DNA of 64,000 nt, from the IMG/VR virus record IMGVR_UViG_3300046517_002960, positions 126,217 through 190,216 of that record; one strand, written 5' to 3'. The translations under genes and the position numbers were made by a program. The first letter of the stretch is position 1; each line of letters begins with the position of its first letter. Under the pieces are notes generated by a model. The model was not told where the DNA came from, did not search any database, and saw nothing but the letters and a program-made list of their open reading frames with translations. Origin of the DNA: a virus. This document shows, one piece after another, positions 26,835 through 33,777 of this stretch.

Positions 26835-26918
26835 GCCCCGCTGGCGAAGCTGGAAGACGCGCACGGTTCAGGACCGTGTGTCCGTGAGGACGGGAGGGTT
26901 CAAATCCCTCGTGGGGCA
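26835..26918 (+). tRNA. tRNA-Leu(CAG)
   Basis: CACGG-TTCAGGA-CCGTG; long variable arm. Confidence 0.9.
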
Positions 26919-26923
26919 CTTCA

Positions 26924-27014
26924 GGAGGGTTGGCCCGGAGCTGGCGTACTGGGACCGCACTGCTAATGCGGCAGTCTGGAGACAGGCTCGCGAGTTCGAT
27001 TCTCGCACCTTCCG
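26924..27014 (+). tRNA. tRNA-Ser(GCT)
   Basis: CCGCA-CTGCTAA-TGCGG; long variable arm. Confidence 0.9.
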
Positions 27015-27170
27015 CGAGCAGGACAGGCTCTCCCCGCTGGCGGGCAGGTTACCCGCAGGGAGAGCCGGCCGGCGGCGGTAATCGGCCACCCCACCTGCCC
27101 TAGACGCTCTCCGGAATCCGCACCGGGAAGCGCCAAGCCCGGCGTCCCGGGCACTGCAGATTCTACCCCT

Positions 27171-27261
27171 GGAGGGTTCGCCTAGTGGCCTATGGCGCCG
27201 GCCCGGAAAGCCGGTTGGGACGAAAGTACCCTCGCGAGTTCGACTCTCGCACCCTCCGCCA
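27171..27261 (+). tRNA. tRNA-Ser(GGA)
   Basis: CCGGC-CCGGAAA-GCCGG; encoded CCA. Confidence 0.9.
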
Positions 27262-27296
27262 GCCTGGCCGTCCGGAGAATGGCGGCTGGGCCTGCT

Positions 27297-27383
27297 GGAG
27301 GATTCGCCTAGCGGCCAGGGCAGCCGATTTGAAACCGGCCAGGGGTCTTGCAGCCCTCGCGAGTTCGAGTCTCGCATCCTCCG
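27297..27383 (+). tRNA. tRNA-Ser(TGA)
   Basis: Loop TTTGAAA; long variable arm. Confidence 0.85.
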
Positions 27384-27387
27384 CCCG

Positions 27388-27475
27388 GGAGGGTTCGCCT
27401 AGTGGCCTATGGCGCCGGCTTCGAAACCCGGTTGGGACGAAAGTACCCTCGCGAGTTCGACTCTCGCACCCTCCG
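27388..27475 (+). tRNA. tRNA-Ser(CGA), near copy of Ser(GGA)
   Basis: Identical to 27171 except in the anticodon arm and the 3' tail. Confidence 0.85.
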
Positions 27476-27497
27476 CTTCACACCGTGCTTCACACAT

Positions 27498-27575
27498 GGG
27501 CCGGCAGCGTAGCCCGGTTCTCGCAGCTGGCTGATAACCAGTTTGGCGGAGGTTCAAATCCTCCCCGGCCCACCA
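27498..27575 (+). tRNA. tRNA-Ile(GAT)
   Basis: GCTGG-CTGATAA-CCAGT; encoded CCA. Confidence 0.9.
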
Positions 27576-27576
27576 T

Positions 27577-27653
27577 GGCGAGATAGCTCAGGCTGGCAGA
27601 GCGCCGGACTCATACCCCGGAGGTCGGGATCTCGGTATTCCCTCTCGCTACCA
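27577..27653 (+). tRNA. tRNA-Met(CAT) elongator (or Ile2)
   Basis: GGCGAGA/TCTCGCT-A-CCA; loop CTCATAC; atypical T-loop. Confidence 0.75.
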
Positions 27654-27732
27654 CGGCCCGTAGTTCAGCCTGGCTTAGAACGGCACCCTTATGAAGTGTG
27701 CGTCAGGGGTTCAAATCCCCTCGGGCCCACCA
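27654..27732 (+). tRNA. tRNA-Ile(TAT), C1:C72 mismatch
   Basis: Loop CTTATGA; encoded CCA. Confidence 0.75.
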
Positions 27733-27733
27733 T

Positions 27734-28309
27734 TCAGGAAGCACCGGCTAGCGGCACCTGCCGGGCGTTCCAGGCGCTGACGGCGGACAGCGTGAACCCG
27801 TCCGTGATCTCCCCGGCAGCGATCATCGCGGTGAGCCCGGAAAAGGTCAGCCACCGGATCTCGGTGATCTCCTCGGTGTCGGCCGGCACGGCCTGCATGG
27901 CCGCGGCACCTACCCGGGCCGCGTACATGTGCACCGCGGTCCCGAGGTGCGCGGAGTCCGGATGGACGCAGCCCAGGAATACCAGGTCCAGGGCCGCGGC
28001 GCCGATCTCCTCGATCAGCTCGGCGCGGGCGGTGGTCTCAGGGCAGGGGCCGTGCGCGTAGCCGCGGGGGAAGCCCCATTCCCATTCCTGGGTGGCGTAA
28101 CGCCAGGTCCGGACCAGGGCGGTATGCTCGCCGGTCACCGGCATGACGACCACGCCGGGATGGCCGCTCCCGGAGATGATGCGGTAGTAGCGGCCCTGCC
28201 GTCCGGAGGAGAACCGGACGTGATCATCAAATACGGTGACGAACCGGTTCCGGTAGACGATCTCCTCGGCGATTCTCTCGATCGGCGGCGCGCTGGCAGG
28301 TGCAGTCAT
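27734..28309 (-). CDS. NUDIX hydrolase (ADP-ribose pyrophosphatase-like)
   Basis: GFPRGY..ETTARAELIEEIG Nudix box; RTWRYA. Confidence 0.9.
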   Translation of the reverse strand: MTAPASAPPIERIAEEIVYRNRFVTVFDDHVRFSSGRQGRYYRIISGSGHPGVVVMPVTGEHTALVRTWRYATQEWEWGFPRGYAHGPCPETTARAELIEEIGAAALDLVFLGCVHPDSAHLGTAVHMYAARVGAAAMQAVPADTEEITEIRWLTFSGLTAMIAAGEITDGFTLSAVSAWNARQVPLAGAS

Positions 28310-28387
28310 GATCTTCCGTTCCCGCTCCCTGCCCCTGACAACGTGTCACAGCGAAGATACGTTCAGTGAGTAGCCTTATGTAAGCAG

Positions 28388-28459
28388 GGTCCGCTAGCTC
28401 AACGGCAGAGCATCCGACTTTTAATCGGCTGGTTCAGGGTTCGAGCCCCTGGTGGACCA
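28388..28459 (+). tRNA. tRNA-Lys(TTT)
   Basis: GGTCCGC/GTGGACC; loop CTTTTAA. Confidence 0.9.
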
Positions 28460-28460
28460 C

Positions 28461-28664
28461 TCAGCCCCAGGACACCATCTGCGGGGCCGGGTGCTTGGTC
28501 CAGGTGTCGGCGAGCGCCGGGTGCGCGTGCTTGGTCCAGGTGTCGGCGACGGTCGCGTGATGCGGAGCGGGCGGGGTGCCCCAGGACACCATCGCGGCAC
28601 CGGAGCCCGTGGCAACGGCGGCTGCGAGGACGAGAGCGGCGATCCTGGCCTTGGCGGATTTCAT
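28461..28664 (-). CDS. Secreted 67-aa peptide with repeated ADTWTKH and MVSWG motifs
   Basis: GAAGG SD; Sec-type signal MKSAKARIAALVLAAAVA; internal DNA repeats. Confidence 0.7.
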   Translation of the reverse strand: MKSAKARIAALVLAAAVATGSGAAMVSWGTPPAPHHATVADTWTKHAHPALADTWTKHPAPQMVSWG

Positions 28665-28702
28665 AGCGTTACCTTCCCCGTTACTAGGTGTTCTCATAAC
28701 TG

Positions 28703-28730
28703 AGCGTACAGACCGGTCACAGCGTGTCAA
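28703..28730 (-). promoter_or_regulatory. Promoter for the peptide gene
   Basis: TTGACA-N16-TACGCT on the minus strand. Confidence 0.6.
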
Positions 28731-28734
28731 TAGC

Positions 28735-28763
28735 TTGCGCGGCACTTTCCGTAGCCGTAAGGT
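28735..28763 (+). promoter_or_regulatory. Promoter for the second tRNA block
   Basis: TTGCGC-N17-TAAGGT ending 9 nt before tRNA-Arg. Confidence 0.5.
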
Positions 28764-28771
28764 GACAGGAT

Positions 28772-28844
28772 GCGCCTGTAGCTCAAGGGGATAGAGTCTC
28801 GCCTTCTAAGCGAGGGGATGGGGGTTCGATGCCTCCCGGGCGCG
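28772..28844 (+). tRNA. tRNA-Arg(TCT)
   Basis: GCGCCTG/CGGGCGC; loop CTTCTAA. Confidence 0.9.
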
Positions 28845-28975
28845 CTGGGGACCCCGGCCTGCGAGGCGGCCCGTGAGCCGTCGCCGGCAGATCCGGCACC
28901 GGGGTCCTCAACTAGTCTCAGCTGAGATATCGCGTAGTAGCCTCTTGAGACATCGGTCATTGCTATACTGAAAAC

Positions 28976-29470
28976 ATGACCATGCCCACGCCGCACTTCT
29001 GCGACTGTGGATGTGGTGAGAAAACAGCTGTTGCCCCGAGGAATAATACGAAGCGGGGATACGTCAAGGGCTTGTCGTTCCGGTTCGTCGGACGGCATCA
29101 TGCCTGGAAAGGCGACGAGGCCAGCTATCGTGTCTTGCACACAGCTCTGAACCTGCACTACCCGAAGTCAGGCGTGTGCGAGGAGTGCGGCGCGGAAGCA
29201 GAGACCGAGTACTCACTGATTCATGGCCGTCAAGTGTCTCGGCGGCGCGAGGATTACAGGGAGCTCTGCAAACCCTGTCACCATGGTTACGACACGGGCG
29301 GGGAGCGCAGCCTGAACGCTAAGCTGACGGAAGCGAACGTGCGTGATCTCAGAGTGCGCTTCGATGACGGGCAAGGCGAGCCTATTGAAGTTCTTGCTCG
29401 CGAGTACGGCGTTTCTCCCGCGGCGGCTTACCGGGCTGCGACGCGCAAGTCCTGGCGTCACGTCGCTTGA
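28976..29470 (+). CDS. HNH-type endonuclease with C-terminal HTH, probably leaderless
   Basis: CDCGCG..WKGD..Y..LH..CEECG..DYRELCKPCH; TGcTATACT extended -10 just upstream. Confidence 0.85.
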   Translation: MTMPTPHFCDCGCGEKTAVAPRNNTKRGYVKGLSFRFVGRHHAWKGDEASYRVLHTALNLHYPKSGVCEECGAEAETEYSLIHGRQVSRRREDYRELCKPCHHGYDTGGERSLNAKLTEANVRDLRVRFDDGQGEPIEVLAREYGVSPAAAYRAATRKSWRHVA

Positions 29471-29506
29471 CGGATGTACCTGAAGATTGCTTCTGAACGC
29501 TTACAT

Positions 29507-29584
29507 GGTCCTGCAGGCCAGCCAGGAGTGGCCGTCTGCCCCTCAAGCAGGAGATCGCGGGTTCGAATCCCGCCAGGACTACCA
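29507..29584 (+). tRNA. tRNA-Glu(CTC)
   Basis: Loop CCCTCAA; encoded CCA. Confidence 0.9.
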
Positions 29585-29585
29585 T

Positions 29586-29660
29586 GGCCCCATAGTGCTA
29601 GCGGTCCAGGCCGCCTGCCTTTCAAGCAGGAGATCACGGGTTCGAATCCCGTTGGGGCTA
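29586..29660 (+). tRNA. tRNA-Glu(TTC)
   Basis: CCTGC-CTTTCAA-GCAGG. Confidence 0.9.
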
Positions 29661-29674
29661 CGGTGTAAATGCGA

Positions 29675-29746
29675 CGCGGAGGGTGCTAGGTCAACCAGCC
29701 AGGCTCATAACCTCGGCAAACGCGGGTTCAAATCCCGCCTCCGCTA
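29675..29746 (+). tRNA. Initiator-like tRNA-fMet(CAT)
   Basis: CGCGGAG/CTCCGCT with C1 mismatch; loop CTCATAA; lacks the full 3 G-C anticodon pairs. Confidence 0.7.
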
Positions 29747-29750
29747 CTAA

Positions 29751-29821
29751 GGTGCCCTGGAGCGTTTCCGGCTGACTACCGGTCGTCGCCCCGGGTTCGT
29801 CGCCGGGATCAGGGCACCCCA
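29751..29821 (+). ncRNA. D-armless tRNA-like element (GAC loop) ending in CCA
   Basis: GGTGCCCTG/CAGGGCACC; CCGG-CTGACTA-CCGG; CCCGG-GTTCGTCG-CCGGG. Confidence 0.5.
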
Positions 29822-29822
29822 G

Positions 29823-29894
29823 TCCCCCATAGCTCAATGGCAGTAGCGCCCGGCCGTTAACCGGTGGATCTTGGTTCGAGTCCAGGTGGGGGAG
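29823..29894 (+). tRNA. tRNA-Asn(GTT)
   Basis: TCCCCCA/TGGGGGA; loop CCGTTAA. Confidence 0.9.
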
Positions 29895-29907
29895 CGCAGA
29901 AACACAA

Positions 29908-29981
29908 GGTGGCGTAACTCAGCAGGTCAGAGTGCTGGACTGTCTATCCGGAAGTCGCGGGTTCGAATCCCGTCGTCACCG
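29908..29981 (+). tRNA. tRNA-Asp(GTC)
   Basis: GGTGGCG/CGTCACC; loop CTGTCTA. Confidence 0.9.
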
Positions 29982-30094
29982 CTAGCACCCAGTCCCTGGT
30001 GCTTGCCCGGAAGGTCTTCCGCACACTGCGCGCGGCAGCGGAAGCGCCTGGCCGGGGAACCCGCGACAGCGTAACAGCGGCGGATGGGACACAC

Positions 30095-30168
30095 GGTCGC
30101 TTAGCTCAGTTCGGGAGAGCGTCGTCCTGACGCGACGAAGGCCACTGGTTCAATCCCAGTAGCGACCA
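30095..30168 (+). tRNA. tRNA-Val(GAC)
   Basis: TCGTC-CTGACGC-GACGA. Confidence 0.9.
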
Positions 30169-30182
30169 CGCAGTACCAGCAA

Positions 30183-30255
30183 GTCCCCGTAGCTCAACGG
30201 ATAGAGCTGCTGCCTACGGAGCAGTGCGTTGCAGGTTCGAGTCCTGCCGGGGATG
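30183..30255 (+). tRNA. tRNA-Arg(ACG)
   Basis: GCTGC-CTACGGA-GCAGT. Confidence 0.9.
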
Positions 30256-30324
30256 CCAGCGGAGAGGTATCGGCAGTACCGTAAAGCCAGGTCACGTGCC
30301 CGAGGACCTGCGCCTCTCCGTCAA

Positions 30325-30400
30325 GGGCGGTTAGCTCAGCGGGAGAGCGCTGGGTCCACACCCCGGGACATTTGCGCCGGTTCGATCCCGGCACCGCCTA
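30325..30400 (+). tRNA. tRNA-Val(CAC)
   Basis: GGGCGGT/ACCGCCT; loop TCCACAC. Confidence 0.85.
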
Positions 30401-30402
30401 CT

Positions 30403-30474
30403 GTGGCCGTAGCTCAATGGTCAGAGCAACGGGCCGTGAACCCGAATATGCGCGTTCAATTCGCGTCGGCCACC
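30403..30474 (+). tRNA. tRNA-His(GTG), no encoded G-1
   Basis: GTGGCCG/CGGCCAC-C; loop CCGTGAA. Confidence 0.85.
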
Positions 30475-30476
30475 CC

Positions 30477-30560
30477 GGCAGGTTACCCAAGCGGACAAAG
30501 GGAGCTGTCTGTAAAACAGTCGGCATTACGCCTGCGCTGGTTCGAACCCAGCACCTGCCA
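30477..30560 (+). tRNA. tRNA-Tyr(GTA)
   Basis: GCTGT-CTGTAAA-ACAGT; long variable arm. Confidence 0.9.
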
Positions 30561-30561
30561 C

Positions 30562-30981
30562 ATGAACACGAAAACGAGAATCGGCCTGGACTACTGGCAG
30601 GTCTGCAGCCACTGGCCGTACTTCGGCGAGCTGGCGGCGGCCCTGCGGGCGGCAGGCCATGAGGTGCACGTCATCTCGGCGGTCGGCCGGAAATCCGCCG
30701 GCACCGTCGCGCCCGGGCTAGCTGAGCTCGGTATCGCCGTTGACGGCGTGCACGAGCGGCTGTTCCGCCATCCGCGGGAGTCGCCGCAGCTGAAGCTGGC
30801 CGCGTGCCGGGAACTGGGCATCGGGGTCTTCTACGACGACCGGCAGGACGTGACCGACCTGCTGAACGCGAACGGGATCCTGGCCCTGCGGGTGCCGCGG
30901 CGCCAGGCCGGGCTGTCGGACACTGAGGGAGAACGGCGGGGCTCGCCGCCGCGGGGTGATCGTGACCCGGCAGCCGTCTAA
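30562..30981 (+). CDS. HAD-superfamily-like protein (degenerate DxD)
   Basis: RIGLDYW..GHEVHVISA..KLAACRELGIGVFYDDR. Confidence 0.65.
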   Translation: MNTKTRIGLDYWQVCSHWPYFGELAAALRAAGHEVHVISAVGRKSAGTVAPGLAELGIAVDGVHERLFRHPRESPQLKLAACRELGIGVFYDDRQDVTDLLNANGILALRVPRRQAGLSDTEGERRGSPPRGDRDPAAV

Positions 30982-31046
30982 GGTCGTGACCCGGCTGAAC
31001 GAGAAAGACCCGCCAGCCTCAGGGCACAGCGGGCCGCAGTAAGCAG

Positions 31047-31120
31047 GACCCCATAGCTCAGCGGATAGAGCACCGCCCTCCGGAGGCGGGTTGTCGCAGG
31101 TTCGAATCCTGCTGGGGCCA
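31047..31120 (+). tRNA. tRNA-Arg(CCG)
   Basis: CCGCC-CTCCGGA-GGCGG. Confidence 0.9.
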
Positions 31121-31179
31121 CTGGCTGGCAGGTGAGCAGGCTGACACCGCCTTCGGGCTCAGCCCCCTGCCGGCCGTAC

Positions 31180-31255
31180 CGCCGAGTGACCGAGCTGGCT
31201 AGGTGAACGCCTGCAAAGCGTTTTGACACGGGTTCAAGTCCCGTCTCGGCGTCCA
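31180..31255 (+). tRNA. tRNA-Cys(GCA)
   Basis: AACGC-CTGCAAA-GCGTT; U73; encoded CCA. Confidence 0.9.
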
Positions 31256-31256
31256 C

Positions 31257-31330
31257 GACCCTGTAGCTCAGCCGGATAGAGCAGGCGCCCCCTAAGCGCT
31301 ATGTCGCGGGTTCGAATCCCCCCAGGGCCA
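31257..31330 (+). tRNA. tRNA-Arg(CCT)
   Basis: GGCGC-CCCCTAA-GCGCT. Confidence 0.85.
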
Positions 31331-31344
31331 CGTATGATGAGGAC

Positions 31345-31413
31345 GGCACGGGCCGGAGGCAGTCGGTTATCTTCGAACAAGTCAAGCCGGTTACCGCACA
31401 CATGCCCGCTGCC
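31345..31413 (+). ncRNA. Y-RNA-like unit 1 (minimal)
   Basis: CGGGCCGGA..CGGTTATC..CCGGT..ACATGCCCG; bulged C in the closing stem. Confidence 0.75.
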
Positions 31414-31445
31414 CTTCCCCTGGTGCTCACGCTATGAAAGAACGC

Positions 31446-31558
31446 GAGACGGGCCGGAAGGAAATCGGTTACCGGAAAACGGGACTCACACTCCTGCAGA
31501 GGGATTCGAAGCCCTCACCCCCGCAAGGGGAACCGGTTCCCGGCAACACGCCCGTCTC
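31446..31558 (+). ncRNA. Y-RNA-like unit 2
   Basis: Same conserved core; T-arm-like GAGGG-ATTCGAAG-CCCTC. Confidence 0.75.
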
Positions 31559-31560
31559 TC

Positions 31561-31710
31561 AGCTTGAGCCCGGCGGGCCGGACGTGATGCCGGTTATCGA
31601 AGGTTCGACTCCTCCAGGCCCCACTCTCACGGGGCCTCCCGTTCGGCGGGATCCCTCCCTGACACGGAGGGAAGCCCGGTGTCCACTCACATGCCCGCCG
31701 GCCTCAAGCT
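31561..31710 (+). ncRNA. Y-RNA-like unit 3
   Basis: Same core; T-loop-like TTCGACT plus three hairpins. Confidence 0.75.
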
Positions 31711-31718
31711 GCAAGCCC

Positions 31719-31801
31719 CTGGCGGGCCGGATGAGGGTCGGTTATCACCAGACTCCTAATCTGGCGCGATAGCGCTCCGGTCCCCGTAACACGCCCGCCA
31801 G
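31719..31801 (+). ncRNA. Y-RNA-like unit 4
   Basis: Same core; short variable domain. Confidence 0.75.
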
Positions 31802-31817
31802 CCACAATTTCATAGAC

Positions 31818-31957
31818 CTGACGGGCCGGACGAGAATCGGTTACCGCCTTGGGAGCGCGTGGTTGCAGGTTCGAGTCCTGTCAGCCCTCCGGAAGGGGGG
31901 CTGTAGCTCAATTGGCAGAGCGCGTAAACGGCCGGTTCACAAGCACACGCCCGTCAG
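31818..31957 (+). ncRNA. yrlA: Y-RNA unit 5, YrlA-type with permuted tRNA domain
   Basis: T arm GCAGG-TTCGAGT-CCTGT, acceptor closed by GGAA loop, D arm GCTC-AATTGGCA-GAGC inside the Ro-binding core. Confidence 0.85.
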
Positions 31958-31963
31958 CTAACT

Positions 31964-32078
31964 GAAGACAAGCCCCCGCGGGCCGGAAGCGGAGCCGGTT
32001 ATCGCCAACCATCCAACACTGGTACCGCGGCCACGTGCCGCACCGGTTCCCGTCAACATGCCCGCGGGGCTTGCCTTC
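31964..32078 (+). ncRNA. Y-RNA-like unit 6
   Basis: Same core with extended closing stem; ends just before the rsr SD. Confidence 0.75.
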
Positions 32079-32103
32079 ACAGATCAGGAGGAGGAACACG
32101 ATC

Positions 32104-33756
32104 ATGACCAACGACGCGCTGACGCAGATCCGGACCCGGGGCCGGGCCACGCCGCAGTCCGAGCAGGCCCACCCGGCGCAGATCCGGAACGACGCAGGCG
32201 GCTGGGCGTTCCAGGCTTCCGACGAGACCCGGGTGCACCGGTTCCTGACCATCGGCACCACGGGCGGCACCTTCTACACCGACGAGCGCAAGGCGACGCG
32301 GGACAACGGCGAGCTGATCATCGAGTTCGCCCGGGCCAACGCGTCCCGGCTGGTCCAGATGGCCACTGAGGTGTCCGTCGCGGGCCGCGCGCCGCGCAAC
32401 CAGCAGGCGATCCTGGCCCTGATGGCCGCCATGGCCCTGGGGGACACTGAGGGCCGGCAGGCCGCGGAGCGTGCCTTCACCGACGTCGTGCGGACCGGCA
32501 CGCACCTGTTCACGGCGGCCAGGTACGCCGAGCAGTTCCGCGGCTGGGGCCGTATCGCCCGGCGCGCGTTCGCCCGGTGGTACCTGGACAAGGACGCCGA
32601 GCCGCTGTCCTACCAGCTGGTCAAGTACCGGCAGCGGGACGGCTGGACGCACCGTGACGTGCTCCGTTCCGCGCACTCCACCAGCGGCTGCGACGCCGCC
32701 CACGCGCAGCTGTTCGACTGGCTGTGCGGCCGGGAGGCGGACGGCGAGCGGCCGAAGTGGATCGCCGCGTACGAGCGCGCCCGGGAGATCGAGCGCGGCT
32801 CCGAGCCGGCCGGCGCCAGGACGGCTGCCTACGTGCGCCTCATCGAGGAGTACCCGGGCATCCCGTGGGAGGCGCTGCCGGACGAGGCCACCTCGCAGGC
32901 AGACGTCATGCGGGCGCTGATCGAGGCCGGCATGCCGGTCACGGCGCTGATCCGGAACCTGCCGAAGCTGACCCGGCTCGGCGTGATCGCCCCGATGAGC
33001 ACGCACCTGCGGCTCGTCACGGAGCGGCTGACCAACGCTGAGCTGCTGCGCAAGGGCCGGGTCCACCCGGTTTCCCTGATGGTCGCAGCCAAGGTGTACG
33101 CCTCCGGCCGGTCCGAGCCGCGCCCGAACAGGCCGGTAGTCACGTGGACCCCGGTGCCGCAGGTCTCCGACGCGCTGACCGGCGCGTTCTACGCCGCCTT
33201 CCCGGCGGTGGAGCCGGCCGGCAAGAGGACCATGGTCAACCTGGACATCTCGGGTTCCATGACCAGCTCGGCCGCGGGCTACTGCGTCTCGGCGCGGGAG
33301 GTCGTGGCGGGCATGGCCCTGGTGACCATGAACACCGAGCCGGCCTGGGGCGTGTACGGCTTCAGCACCCAGTTCATGCCGCTGCAGCTGTCCCCGGGCA
33401 TGCGGCTGGATGAGGCGATGCGGTACATGTCGCGACTGCCGTACGGCGGCACCGACGCCTCGCTGCCGATGCAGTGGGCGGCCCAGACCCGTACCGAGGT
33501 GGATGTCTTCCAGATCTCCACCGACTACGAGACCTGGGCGGGCTCCATGCACCCGCACGAGGCGCTGGAGAACTACCGCCAGAAGATGGGCATCAACGCC
33601 CGGATGCAGATGATCGCGGTCGCCCCGAACGAGTACTCGTTCTGGCCGCACTCCGCTCCGGGGTCCATCGCTGCCGACCTGGGCGTCCTGGACGTCAGCG
33701 GTTTCGACACCGACGTCCCGGTGCTCCTGGCCAACCACGCCCGGGGCGACATCTGA
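32104..33756 (+). CDS. rsr: Ro60 / TROVE-domain RNA-binding protein with vWA domain
   Basis: RNDAGGWAF..RFLTIGTTGGTFY; KYRQRDGWTHRDVLR; NLDISGSM (MIDAS); TDASLPM; TDYETWAG. Confidence 0.95.
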   Translation: MTNDALTQIRTRGRATPQSEQAHPAQIRNDAGGWAFQASDETRVHRFLTIGTTGGTFYTDERKATRDNGELIIEFARANASRLVQMATEVSVAGRAPRNQQAILALMAAMALGDTEGRQAAERAFTDVVRTGTHLFTAARYAEQFRGWGRIARRAFARWYLDKDAEPLSYQLVKYRQRDGWTHRDVLRSAHSTSGCDAAHAQLFDWLCGREADGERPKWIAAYERAREIERGSEPAGARTAAYVRLIEEYPGIPWEALPDEATSQADVMRALIEAGMPVTALIRNLPKLTRLGVIAPMSTHLRLVTERLTNAELLRKGRVHPVSLMVAAKVYASGRSEPRPNRPVVTWTPVPQVSDALTGAFYAAFPAVEPAGKRTMVNLDISGSMTSSAAGYCVSAREVVAGMALVTMNTEPAWGVYGFSTQFMPLQLSPGMRLDEAMRYMSRLPYGGTDASLPMQWAAQTRTEVDVFQISTDYETWAGSMHPHEALENYRQKMGINARMQMIAVAPNEYSFWPHSAPGSIAADLGVLDVSGFDTDVPVLLANHARGDI

Positions 33757-33777
33757 CCCGGGTACCCCTCATCCGCC

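Noticed and set aside
23040-31330. tmRNA or SRP RNA in the island
   Set aside because: No tmRNA acceptor/T-arm pair with a tag frame, and no SRP domain IV motif was found.
23595-31772. ORF-track proteins across the tRNA island
   Set aside because: They overlap clear tRNA or ncRNA structures and lack GC3 bias or motifs; only the HNH, NUDIX, peptide and HAD genes were kept.
31345-32078. CRISPR array or mini-array interpretation of the six repeats
   Set aside because: Repeats are bipartite and base-pair around variable inserts of unequal length; no cas genes; the adjacent Ro60 explains them.
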